From assembly GCA_963813535.1 (NCBI GenBank), contig CAWEZH010000002.1, positions 1,312,001 to 1,376,000 of the forward strand: a DNA stretch of 64,000 bases, in the 5' to 3' direction. A model generated the notes under the pieces. That model saw nothing but the letters and a program-made list of their open reading frames with translations. It had not been told where the DNA came from and ran no database searches. Both the position numbers and the translations under genes were made by a program. Below, piece after piece: positions 9,197-18,439 of this stretch; within the stretch, counting starts at the first letter, position 1, and every line of letters starts with the position of its first letter. The stretch is from an uncultured Chloroflexia bacterium (GTDB taxonomy: Bacteria > Chloroflexota > Limnocylindria > Limnocylindrales > CSP1-4).

Positions 9197-11280
9197 TGGG
9201 CTTTCCGCGAAGCGGCGGCGTGCGTGCCGCGACCGGTGGCGTGAGCCGCGGCGGCCGGGGTACCGGCGGTGGCTCGGGTGGCTTCTTCGGCCGCGGCCCA
9301 TCGGAGGATTTCGTTCCGGTACCGAAGGAGCGCCGCGGCCAGACGATCCGGCGCATCCTCGTGTTCTTCAAGCCCTACCGGCCGCAGATCGCCGTCGTCC
9401 TGATCGCGATCCTCATGACGAGCTTCCTCGGGCTGGTCAACCCCTACCTGCTCAAGTTGCTCATCGACGAGGCGATTCCCCAGCGCGACCTGCGGTTGCT
9501 AACCATCTACGTGGGACTGATGATCGTCCTGCCGATCATCACGGGTCTCATCGGCGTCGGTCAGTCCTACCTCAACAACCTCATCGGGCAGCGGGTCATG
9601 CAGGACCTGCGTGGGGCGTTGTACCGGCACCTGCAGTCGATGCCGCTGCGATTCTTCACCGAGACCCGGACGGGCGAGATCCAGAGCCGCCTGGCCAACG
9701 ACGTCGGTGGCGTCCAGTCGGTCGTGACCGACACGGCGAGTTCCGTGACGTCCAACCTGGCCATCGCCGCCAGCACGATCGTCGCGATGTGGCTGATCGA
9801 CTGGCGACTGACCGTCCTGTCGCTCGGTCTGCTGCCGTTCTTCATGTACCTCACGTTCCGCGTCGGCAAGGTGCGCCGCGAGGTGTCGAGCGAGACCCAG
9901 AAGTCGCTGGCCGAGATGTCGGCGCTGACCGAGGAGACCCTGAGCGTCAGCGGGATGCTGCTGTCCAAGACCTTCGGTCAGCAGGCGAACTCGGAAAAGA
10001 AGTTCCGAGCGCTCAATGCCAGGCTGGCCGAGCTCCAGATCCGCCAGGCGATGGTCGGCCGCTGGTTCTTCATGATCATCGGGACGATCTTCAGCATCAC
10101 CCCGGCGTTCGTGTACTGGCTCGCCGGCTGGCTGACGATCCAGAACGATCCGACCGCGCCGACGATCGGCGACATCGTGGCGTTCACGACGCTACAGAGT
10201 CGGCTCTTCTTCCCGATGGGCCAGCTGCTCAACGTGCAGGTCGAGATCCAGGGCGCTTTGGCGTTGTTCGACCGGATCTTCGAGTACCTCGAGATGGATC
10301 CGGAGATCATCGATGCGCCGGATGCCGTGGATCTCGCACCGACAGCCGTTCGCGGTCACGTCCGGTTGCGCGATGTGGCCTTCCGCTACCCAACCGAGGC
10401 CGTACCGTCCGAACGGGCCGCGGCGGCGTTGGCACGCAAGGACGGACTCGAGGAAGAGCAGGTCGAGGTCGCTGTCGCTGCCGCGTCGGTCGACGTCGCG
10501 GCGGTCGAGACGTTGGTCAACGCGAGCGCACGACCGGGCGAGATGCCTGCCATCGAGATGCTGCCGACGTTCGCGCTCGAGGACATCGACTTCGAGGCAG
10601 AGCCAGGAGAACTGGTCGCCCTGGTCGGGCCATCGGGCTCGGGCAAGACGACGACCACGTACTTGATCCCGCGGCTGTACGACGTCGACGCCGGGGCGGT
10701 CGAGATCGACGGCATCGACGTTCGGCGAATCAAGCTCGCGTCACTCGGCCGGATGATCGGCGTCGTGACGCAGGAGACGTACCTGTTCCACGCGTCGGTG
10801 CGCGAGAACCTGCTCTACGCCAGGCCCGAAGCGACCGAGGATGAGGTGCGCGACGCGGCTCGCGCGGCGGCGATGCACGACAGGGTCATGGAGCTGCCCG
10901 AGGGCTACGACACGATCGTCGGCGAGCGTGGCTACAAGCTGTCGGGCGGCGAGAAGCAGCGCATCGCGATCGCCCGCGTGCTGCTCAAGGACCCTCGCAT
11001 CCTCATCCTCGACGAGGCGACGTCGGCGCTGGACACCGTCTCGGAGCGGCTCATCCAGGCCGCGTTCGAGCGGCTCATGGAGGGTCGGACCACGATCGCC
11101 ATCGCCCACCGGCTCTCGACGATCCTCCGCGCGGACCGGATCCTGGTCTACGACCGCGGCCGGGTCGTCGAGCGCGGCACGCACGCCGAACTGCTCGAGC
11201 AGGGCGGCTTGTACGCGCGGCTGTATCGCGAACAGTTCCTCACCGAGGCCTCCCCGACGGAGGTCGGCGCGGCCCGCTAG
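9196..11280 (+). CDS. ABC exporter, fused permease/ATPase (MsbA-like)
   Basis: TM domain, Walker A GPSGSGKT, LSGGEKQR signature, ILDEATSALD, AHRLST; TGATG overlap with the upstream gene. Confidence 0.93.
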   Translation: MGFPRSGGVRAATGGVSRGGRGTGGGSGGFFGRGPSEDFVPVPKERRGQTIRRILVFFKPYRPQIAVVLIAILMTSFLGLVNPYLLKLLIDEAIPQRDLRLLTIYVGLMIVLPIITGLIGVGQSYLNNLIGQRVMQDLRGALYRHLQSMPLRFFTETRTGEIQSRLANDVGGVQSVVTDTASSVTSNLAIAASTIVAMWLIDWRLTVLSLGLLPFFMYLTFRVGKVRREVSSETQKSLAEMSALTEETLSVSGMLLSKTFGQQANSEKKFRALNARLAELQIRQAMVGRWFFMIIGTIFSITPAFVYWLAGWLTIQNDPTAPTIGDIVAFTTLQSRLFFPMGQLLNVQVEIQGALALFDRIFEYLEMDPEIIDAPDAVDLAPTAVRGHVRLRDVAFRYPTEAVPSERAAAALARKDGLEEEQVEVAVAAASVDVAAVETLVNASARPGEMPAIEMLPTFALEDIDFEAEPGELVALVGPSGSGKTTTTYLIPRLYDVDAGAVEIDGIDVRRIKLASLGRMIGVVTQETYLFHASVRENLLYARPEATEDEVRDAARAAAMHDRVMELPEGYDTIVGERGYKLSGGEKQRIAIARVLLKDPRILILDEATSALDTVSERLIQAAFERLMEGRTTIAIAHRLSTILRADRILVYDRGRVVERGTHAELLEQGGLYARLYREQFLTEASPTEVGAAR

Positions 11281-11283
11281 CGG

Positions 11284-11772
11284 ATGCCGACCCACAAGTC
11301 CGTCCGCCTGGAGCACCGGGGCGGGATGGCGTTCCACGCCGAGCCCTCGTCGGGTCACCCCATGGACTTCGACGACCGCGAGTCGAACACCGGTGCGAGT
11401 CCGGTCGAGACCGTCCTGTCGGCGTTGGGGTCGTGTTCGGCGATGGATGTGATCGGGATCCTGGCCAAGAAGCGCCAGGAGATCAGCGCGTATCGGATCG
11501 AGGTGAGCGGCTCACAACGCGACGAGTACCCGCAGGTCTACAGCGAGATCGTCGTGACGCATGAGCTCGAAGGGCCGGGTTTGTCCGAGGCCGCCGTCCG
11601 CCGCGCGATCGAGCTGTCGGCGACCAAGTACTGCCCGGTCAGCGCGATGATCGCCGCCGGCGCGACCACGATCCATCACCGCTACCGCATCCGGACGGCG
11701 GGCGCCGAGCACGCCAGGGAAGACGAGGTCATCTCGACCGGCCCGTACCGCCGGCCGGACGTCCTCGGGTAG
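11284..11772 (+). CDS. OsmC/YhfA family protein
   Basis: SPVETVLSALGSCSAMDV and SATKYCPVS; two conserved Cys. Confidence 0.9.
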   Translation: MPTHKSVRLEHRGGMAFHAEPSSGHPMDFDDRESNTGASPVETVLSALGSCSAMDVIGILAKKRQEISAYRIEVSGSQRDEYPQVYSEIVVTHELEGPGLSEAAVRRAIELSATKYCPVSAMIAAGATTIHHRYRIRTAGAEHAREDEVISTGPYRRPDVLG

Positions 11773-11823
11773 GACAGGCGTTGGTCCTGCCGGCGTCAGG
11801 ACCCGCCGCCCACAGAACGCCAG

Positions 11824-11862
11824 GTTGCATGACTATGCACTGGCGTTGTATAGTCATGCGCC
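11824..11862 (+). promoter_or_regulatory. Tandem ARG boxes (ArgR operator) overlapping -10 TATAGT
   Basis: GTTGCATGACTATGCACT and GTTGTATAGTCATGCGCC: two 18-bp boxes 3 bp apart, upstream of argCJBRG. Confidence 0.88.
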
Positions 11863-11931
11863 CATGACGACGGTCTGTCAGGTCTCTGCGAGCAACCCGA
11901 GCCAGCCGCCTGTGAGCGGCCCCGAGCGCCT

Positions 11932-13089
11932 GTGAGCGCGGGGCTCGGATCGCCCGCGGCGGTCTCGACGGACCGCTCGTCCGGGGTCATGCCCCGCTCG
12001 GAGCGAGGGGTCCAGCCCGACGGCGGGCCTCGACGGCTCCGCGTCGGCATCGTCGGCGCCACCGGCTATGTCGGTGCCGAGCTCATCCGGCTTCTGTCCC
12101 GTCACCCGAACGTCGACATCGTGGGGCTGGCCGGTCGCGACCGTCACGACGACCCGATCGGCGGCTATCACCCGCATCTTGCCGCCACCGACCTCACCGT
12201 CCGCACCAACCTTCCCGAGGTCGACGCCGCGTTCCTTGCCCTCCCGCACGGCGCGGCGGTCGACCTCGTCCCTGATCTCATCGCCGCCGGGACCACGGTC
12301 ATTGACCTTGGTCCCGACTTCCGGCTGCGCGATCCGGACGACTACCCGCGCTGGTACGGCTTCGATCACCCCCGGCCCGACCTTCTCGAGCTCGCCGTCT
12401 ACGGCCTCCCCGAGCTCCATCGCGAGGAGCTCCGGGCACTCGTCGACGCTGACGTGGCCATCGTCGGTTCGCCCGGCTGCTACCCGACGGCGACGCTGCT
12501 CGCCCTGGCTCCGCTCGCCCGCGCCGGTCTCATCGGTGACCTCGTGGTCGATGCCAAGAGCGGCGTGTCCGGCGCCGGCCGCGACCCGAAGCCCGAGATG
12601 ATGTTCGGCGAGGTCGACGAGAGCGTGAAGGCGTACGGCCTGGGCGGCCATCGCCACGTCGCCGAGATCGAGCAGGAGCTAGCCGTCGCCGCGCTCGATG
12701 CCGGCCTCGAGCCAGATGCCAACCCCGGTGCGATGGCCGTCGACTTCCTCCCGCATCTCATCCCGATGGTGCGTGGCATCCTCTCGACGAATCACGTTCG
12801 GCCGACTCGCCCCATAACCCAGGCCGAAGTCGACGATCTCTACCGGACGGCGTACGCCGACGAGCCGTTCGTCCGGGTCGTCGCCGACCCGCCGGCCACG
12901 AAGCACACGACGGGGAGCAACCACGTCCTCGTGCACGCCCGGGTCGACGAGCGCACGGAGCGGCTGATCGTGATCGCCGCCGAGGACAACCTCGTGAAGG
13001 GTGCCGCCGGTCAGGCGATCCAGGCGTTCAACATCGTCCACGGGCTGGCCGAGACGGCCGGCCTCGAGCAGCTCCCGCTGGCGCCCTGA
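11932..13089 (+). CDS. argC: N-acetyl-gamma-glutamyl-phosphate reductase
   Basis: VGIVGATGYVGAEL, FLALPHG, PGCYPT, DAKSGVSGAG, DNLVKGAAGQAIQ. Start GTG 11932 or ATG 11989. Confidence 0.96.
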   Translation: MSAGLGSPAAVSTDRSSGVMPRSERGVQPDGGPRRLRVGIVGATGYVGAELIRLLSRHPNVDIVGLAGRDRHDDPIGGYHPHLAATDLTVRTNLPEVDAAFLALPHGAAVDLVPDLIAAGTTVIDLGPDFRLRDPDDYPRWYGFDHPRPDLLELAVYGLPELHREELRALVDADVAIVGSPGCYPTATLLALAPLARAGLIGDLVVDAKSGVSGAGRDPKPEMMFGEVDESVKAYGLGGHRHVAEIEQELAVAALDAGLEPDANPGAMAVDFLPHLIPMVRGILSTNHVRPTRPITQAEVDDLYRTAYADEPFVRVVADPPATKHTTGSNHVLVHARVDERTERLIVIAAEDNLVKGAAGQAIQAFNIVHGLAETAGLEQLPLAP

Positions 13090-14450
13090 TGGCCGTCTCC
13101 GAGCTGTCGTCGCCGTCACGCCCGGCCGTGGAGCGGCGGGCAGCCATGCCCGGTGGCTTCGTCGCCGGGGGTGCCACGGCCGGCATCAAGGCCTCGGGCC
13201 GGCCGGACCTCGGCCTCATCGTGGCGACCGAGGGATCCGCGGCGGCCGCCGCCGTGTTCACCCCGAACGCCTTCGCGGCCGCTCCCGTGACGCTGTCCCG
13301 GGCCAATCTCGCGGCCACCTCGGATGATCCGCGCGGCGGGTTCGGCTTCGCCTCGGCGATCGTGTCGACCAGCGGCTGTGCGAACGCCGCGACCGGCGCC
13401 GCTGGTGACGGCGACCAGGAACGGGTCGGTGGGATCGTGTCGTCCGCCCTCGGCATCGACACCGAGCGCGTGCTGCACCTGTCGACCGGCATCATCGGTA
13501 CGCGCCTGCCGCTCGATCGCGTCGAGAAGGGCGTCGCGTCGCTCACACCGACGCTCACCGGCGATGACGACAGCCTCGCGGCCGTCGCCGAGGCCCTGCG
13601 CACGACCGACTCGGTCGCCAAGGTCGCCACGACGTCCCTGGTGCTGCCCGCCGTCGATGGCGAGCCGATGACCGTGACGATCACCGGCATCGCGAAGGGG
13701 GTCGGCATGATCCATCCGAACATGGCGACGATGTTGTCGGTCCTCCTGACCGACGCTGCCGCCGCGCCCGAGGTCCTCTGGGGCCTGCTCAGACCGGCCG
13801 CCGCTCGGACCTGGGACCAGCTGTCGGTCGATGGCGATACGAGCACCAACGACACGGTGTTCCTGCTGGCGTCGGGCAAGGCCGGGGCAGCTCCATTGAG
13901 CGCCGGCGGGAATGCAGCGGTGGCGTTCGGTGCCGCGCTCGAGGCCGTGGCACGTGACCTTGCGCGTCAGCAAGCGGCCGACGGCGAGGGGGCGACGATC
14001 CTGATCACCGCCTCGGTCACGGGCGCCGCGGATGACACCGAAGCACGCGCAGTCGCGCGCGCCGTCGTGTCGAGCAGCCTGGTGAAGGCCGCCGCACACG
14101 GCAAGGACCCCAACTGGGGTCGCATCGCGGGCGCGGCGGGGAATGCCGTGACGGCGTCCGCCGCTGTGCTCGAAGCGGCGGGTCTGTCCCGCGACGAGGC
14201 CACTGCCCGCGCCGCCCAGCCAGCCGCGCTCGACCCGGATCGGCTGCGCATCTCCATCGCCGGCCACCTGGTCTTCGATGGCAGCAAGGGCGGACCGCTC
14301 GACTTCGATCGCGCCGCCGCGCGCGCCGCGATGGACGCCCCTGAGCTCCTGATCGAGCTCGATCTGGGCCTCGGCGCCGGCACCGGCGAAGCCTTCGGCT
14401 GCGACCTGACCGAGGAATATGTCATCGAGAACTCGGAGTACACCACCTGA
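13089..14450 (+). CDS. argJ: Bifunctional ornithine acetyltransferase
   Basis: GIKASGRPDL, STGIIG, AKGVGMIHPNMATML (autoproteolysis site), DGDTSTND, DPNWGRI, GCDLT. Confidence 0.96.
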   Translation: MAVSELSSPSRPAVERRAAMPGGFVAGGATAGIKASGRPDLGLIVATEGSAAAAAVFTPNAFAAAPVTLSRANLAATSDDPRGGFGFASAIVSTSGCANAATGAAGDGDQERVGGIVSSALGIDTERVLHLSTGIIGTRLPLDRVEKGVASLTPTLTGDDDSLAAVAEALRTTDSVAKVATTSLVLPAVDGEPMTVTITGIAKGVGMIHPNMATMLSVLLTDAAAAPEVLWGLLRPAAARTWDQLSVDGDTSTNDTVFLLASGKAGAAPLSAGGNAAVAFGAALEAVARDLARQQAADGEGATILITASVTGAADDTEARAVARAVVSSSLVKAAAHGKDPNWGRIAGAAGNAVTASAAVLEAAGLSRDEATARAAQPAALDPDRLRISIAGHLVFDGSKGGPLDFDRAAARAAMDAPELLIELDLGLGAGTGEAFGCDLTEEYVIENSEYTT

Positions 14451-15235
14451 TGTCCGAGATCCTCGTCGTCAAGTTGGGTGGCACCACCATCGCGGAGCAG
14501 TCGCAGGTGCTCGCGGACGTGGCAGCGATCGCCCGTCGCCGGCCGGTCGTCCTCGTCCACGGCGGCGGCAAGCGCATCACCGAGTGGCTGGAGCGCCTCG
14601 GCGTGCCGTCGAAGTTCGAGGGCGGTCTCCGCGTCACCGATGCCCAGTCCCTCGAAGTGGCCGCCGCGGTCCTACGCGGAGTCGTCAACAGCGAGCTCGT
14701 CGCCGGGTTGCGCGATCTCGGCGTCGATGCGGTCGGGCTGTCAGGGGTCGATGGCGGGCTGCTCATCGCGGAGCGCATCCCCCATCTCGGCCTCGTCGCC
14801 AGCGTGACCGGCTTACGCCGCGACCTGCTCGACGCGGTCCTCGTCTCGGGCCAGGTGCCGGTCGTCGCGCCGCTCGCGAGGGACGCCGAGGGCATCGTCT
14901 GCAATGTCAACGCCGACGACGCCGCGGCGGGCATCGCCGCCGGCCTCGGTGCCCGCCAACTCGTCCTCCTCACCGATGTCGACGGCGTCCGCGACGCCGA
15001 CGGCGGCAAGCTCGACACCCTGACCGTGGCCGAGGCGGAGCACCTCATCGACAGCGGCGTCATCGCCGGCGGTATGGTGCCCAAGATTCGTGCGGCTCTG
15101 TCGGCGCTGGGCTGGGAGGGAGCGGAGGCGATCATCGCCGACGCCGCTGCGGACGATGCGCTGGAACGCGCCCTGAGCGACCCGACCTTCGGCACGCGCA
15201 TCACGGCGACGCGCCAGGCGGTGGGCGCGGCATGA
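14450..15235 (+). CDS. argB: Acetylglutamate kinase
   Basis: VVKLGG, VHGGG, GLRVTD, NVNAD, LTDVDGV, GGMVPK. Confidence 0.95.
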   Translation: MSEILVVKLGGTTIAEQSQVLADVAAIARRRPVVLVHGGGKRITEWLERLGVPSKFEGGLRVTDAQSLEVAAAVLRGVVNSELVAGLRDLGVDAVGLSGVDGGLLIAERIPHLGLVASVTGLRRDLLDAVLVSGQVPVVAPLARDAEGIVCNVNADDAAAGIAAGLGARQLVLLTDVDGVRDADGGKLDTLTVAEAEHLIDSGVIAGGMVPKIRAALSALGWEGAEAIIADAAADDALERALSDPTFGTRITATRQAVGAA

Positions 15236-15777
15236 ACGGCAGGACGTCCGGCCAGGATCTCAAGCGGCTCCGCCAGCGCGCCATCCGCCAGGTGATCGCG
15301 TCGCGCCCGATCGGCAGCCAGCGTGAGCTGGTCGATGCACTGACCGCACAGGGCTTCGATGTCACGCAGGCCACCGTCAGTCGCGACATCACGGAACTGG
15401 GTCTGCTCAAGGCGCCCCGGACCGACGGGGCCGTGTACGTGTCGCCCGAGGACGTCGCTTCGCGCGCGCCGGCGACGCTGCCGACCGCCGGCGTCACCGG
15501 CGCGACTAGAGACGACCGCCTCGGCCGCATCCTCTCCGATGTCCCCGTCACGGTCGGCCGGAGCGGCTTGATCCTCGTCCTGACCGGCACACCCGGAACG
15601 GCGAGCGTCGTCGCGCAGGCCATCGACGAGTCCTCCCTGCAGGAGCAGGAGGGCACGCTGGCGGGCGACAATACGCTCCTGGTCCTGTTCGCCGACGAAG
15701 TCCGCCTCGAGCGCTGGCTCGCGCGCTTCGAGGCCATCCAACGGTCGATCGCGGAGGAGGTTCCCGCACCGGTATGA
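15232..15777 (+). CDS. argR: Arginine repressor
   Basis: SQRELVDAL, VTQATVSRDI, PGTA, GTLAGDNT; ATGA overlap with argB. Confidence 0.93.
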   Translation: MNGRTSGQDLKRLRQRAIRQVIASRPIGSQRELVDALTAQGFDVTQATVSRDITELGLLKAPRTDGAVYVSPEDVASRAPATLPTAGVTGATRDDRLGRILSDVPVTVGRSGLILVLTGTPGTASVVAQAIDESSLQEQEGTLAGDNTLLVLFADEVRLERWLARFEAIQRSIAEEVPAPV

Positions 15778-17058
15778 AGAAGGTCGTTCTCGCCTATTCC
15801 GGCGGTCTGGACACGTCCGTCGCCGTCTCCTGGCTCAAGGAGCAGTACGACGCCGAGGTCGTGACGTTGACGGTCGATCTCGGCGGCGGGTCGCTGCGCG
15901 AAGGCGTCGAGCGGCGCGCCATGTCCGCCGGTGCCTCGCGTGCCTACGTGATCGATGCGCGAGAGCGCTTCATCACCGACTACGTCTGGCCGCACCTCCA
16001 GGCCAATGCGCTGTACCAGGGCGCCTACCCGCTGGCGACGGCGCTCGCCAGGCCCCTCATCGCCCAACTGCTCGTGGAGGTCGCCCGACGCGAGAGCGCC
16101 GACGCCGTCGCCCACGGTTGCACCGGCAAGGGCAACGACCAGGTCCGGTTCGACGTCGCGACCCACGCGCTCGATCCGGGGCTCGAGGTCGTCGCTCCGA
16201 TGCGCGTGGGCATGGGCCTGACCCGCGACCAGGAGATCGACTACGCCAACGAACGTGGCATCGAGATCCCGATCACCAAGCAGTCGCCCTACTCGATCGA
16301 CGTGAACCTGTGGGGCCGGTCGTGCGAGACCGGCGTCCTCGAGGACCCCTGGGTCACGCCACCGCCCGACGCCTACGAGTGGACGGTCGAACCGTCCGCA
16401 GCCCCGGATCCGGTCGAGATCGTCATCGACTTCGAGGGGGGCGTGCCCGTGGCGATCGACGGGGAGCGCCTCGGTGCCGGTCGAGCTCGTCCAGCGGCTC
16501 CACGACCTGGGCGGCACGCACGGCGTCGGCCGGATCGATCACGTCGAGGATCGGCTGGTCGGGATCAAGAGCCGGGAGATCTATGAGACGCCGGCGGCCA
16601 CCATCCTGCACGCTGCCCATCGGGCGCTGGAAGGGCTCACGCTGACCCGCGACACACTCCGGTTCAACCGGCTTGTCGCGGACGAGCTGTCGCGCCTCAT
16701 CTACGACGGGCTGTGGTTCAGCGCCCTGTCGCGTGACCTGCGCGCCTATGTCGCCTCTTCACAGCGGGTCGTGTCGGGCGAGGTCCGGATGCGGCTCGAC
16801 CACGGCCAGGCGGTCGTGGCCGGTCGCAAGTCGCCGCTGTCGCTCTACGACAAGAGCCTGGCGACGTACGACGAGGGCGATGCGTTCGACCACGCGAGTG
16901 CCGTCGGGTTCATCGAGATCTTCGGTCTGCCGCTGCGGGTCGAGGCGGCGCGACACGGTGCCGTGGGAGCACGCTACGGTGCGGCCTGGTCGTGGACCGA
17001 TCCCCTGCTCGAAACATTGCCGACCACGGTCACCGATCCGGAGCCGGCGGCGGTCTGA
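15774..17058 (+). pseudogene. argG: Argininosuccinate synthase, split by a +1 frameshift near 16473-16476 (possibly a sequencing error)
   Basis: VVLAYSGGLDTS and HGCTGKGNDQVRF in ORF 15774-16586; GVGRIDHVEDRLVGIKSREIYE in ORF 16474-17058. Removing one base restores ...DGERL(G/V)PVELVQ. Confidence 0.9.
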
Positions 17059-17091
17059 CGCTCCGGCTCCACGGCGACCGGCGCGTATCGC

Positions 17092-18336
17092 ATGCCCGAT
17101 GATCGGCCCATGACGACCGACCGGGTGCCGATCGGCGACGCCACCTTCCGTGAGCTCGCGTTCCTCCACGAGATCGCCCAGCTCGCGACACAGGCACGCG
17201 ACTGGGACGAGCTGATGCGGTCGATCGTCGATGGGACGACGGCCGCGATGGACGTCGAGGTCTGCTCGTTCTACCTGGCCGACCACGAACGGACCCGGCT
17301 GACCCTCGCCGCGACGAACGGCCTCGATACGACCCAGGTCGGTCACGTGAGCCTGGCCTGGGGCGAGGGCATCACCGGCCGCGTCGCCGCGACGCGTTCG
17401 CCGATCTCGGTCGAGGACGTGACGCGCGACGAGCGATTCGCCTGGGTGCGCGGCTTCGACATCGAGGGCCTGGCCGGGATGCTGTCGGTCCCGCTGGTCT
17501 GGCATGACGGGGTCGTGGGCGTCCTCAATGTCCAGACACGGGCAGTTCGTCGGTTCGAGCCCGACGAGATCGATCTCCTCCAGACGATCGGCGCGCTGCT
17601 CGCCGGGATCGTCGAGAAGGGCCGGCTGACGGCCGAGGTCGAAGCGCGACTCGCCCAGCTCACCGCCCTCGACACGGCGCGGTCGGAGCTGTTGAGCGTC
17701 GTGACACACGAGCTTCGGACGCCGCTGTCGATCGTGCGCGTCTACGTCGACCTGCTGGCCGAGGCCTCGCGCGAACGCGCCGACACAGCGGACTGGCGCG
17801 AGGCGGCGAACGAGCAACTCGCACGCCTCGACCGACTCGTGGACTCGATCCTGGCGTCGGTCCGCGGCGAGGGACTCACCGGTCTGTCACGAGCGCCGTT
17901 CGAAGCGGTCCAGGCCGTCGACGAGGTCGTCGAGACGCTCCGGCTCCTGCTCCGGCCGCATCCGATCCGCTGGGCCCGCCCCGATGCACCGATGACCGCC
18001 ATCGGCGACGAGACTCGGTTCCGACAGGTCCTCGAGCAGTTGCTCGAGAACGAGTCGAAGTACGCGCCGACGGAGGAGGGCGTCAGCATCGGGATCTGGC
18101 GGCTCGGCGACGAGATCCAGGTCTACGTGACCGATGACGGCCCGGGTGTACCGGTCGACGAATGGGAGAGCGTGTTCGAACCGTTCGTACGGCTCGAGGG
18201 TCGTGCTCGATCGCGCGGGTCAGGGATCGGCCTGTTCGCCGCGCGTCGGCTCATGTCCGCGATGGGCGGACGCATCTTCCTCGAACCCAATGGCTTCGCC
18301 GGCTCGCGGTTCGTGGTGGGCCTGCCGGCCGGCTAG
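17092..18336 (+). CDS. GAF-domain sensor histidine kinase (orphan)
   Basis: GAF (LAATNGL, GEGITGRVA, VVGVLNVQ), H-box THELRTPL, DDGPG, GSGIGL. Start may be 17110. Confidence 0.9.
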   Translation: MPDDRPMTTDRVPIGDATFRELAFLHEIAQLATQARDWDELMRSIVDGTTAAMDVEVCSFYLADHERTRLTLAATNGLDTTQVGHVSLAWGEGITGRVAATRSPISVEDVTRDERFAWVRGFDIEGLAGMLSVPLVWHDGVVGVLNVQTRAVRRFEPDEIDLLQTIGALLAGIVEKGRLTAEVEARLAQLTALDTARSELLSVVTHELRTPLSIVRVYVDLLAEASRERADTADWREAANEQLARLDRLVDSILASVRGEGLTGLSRAPFEAVQAVDEVVETLRLLLRPHPIRWARPDAPMTAIGDETRFRQVLEQLLENESKYAPTEEGVSIGIWRLGDEIQVYVTDDGPGVPVDEWESVFEPFVRLEGRARSRGSGIGLFAARRLMSAMGGRIFLEPNGFAGSRFVVGLPAG

Positions 18337-18357
18337 GTCGAGCTTCCAGTAAGCCCA

Positions 18358-18391
18358 GGAAGGGGCCCGTCCTTCGGGACGGGCCCCTTCC
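18358..18391. terminator. Bidirectional hairpin, 15-bp perfect stem with cUUCGg loop
   Basis: GGAAGGGGCCCGTCC-TTCG-GGACGGGCCCCTTCC between convergent genes. Confidence 0.85.
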
Positions 18392-18439
18392 ATGTGGTCC
18401 GGGCCGGAGGAGGCGACCCGGTGGGCCGAGGAGGATCGA

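Noticed and set aside
16460-16490. Programmed ribosomal frameshift in argG
   Set aside because: No slippery heptamer or homopolymer at the junction; a single-base error is simpler.
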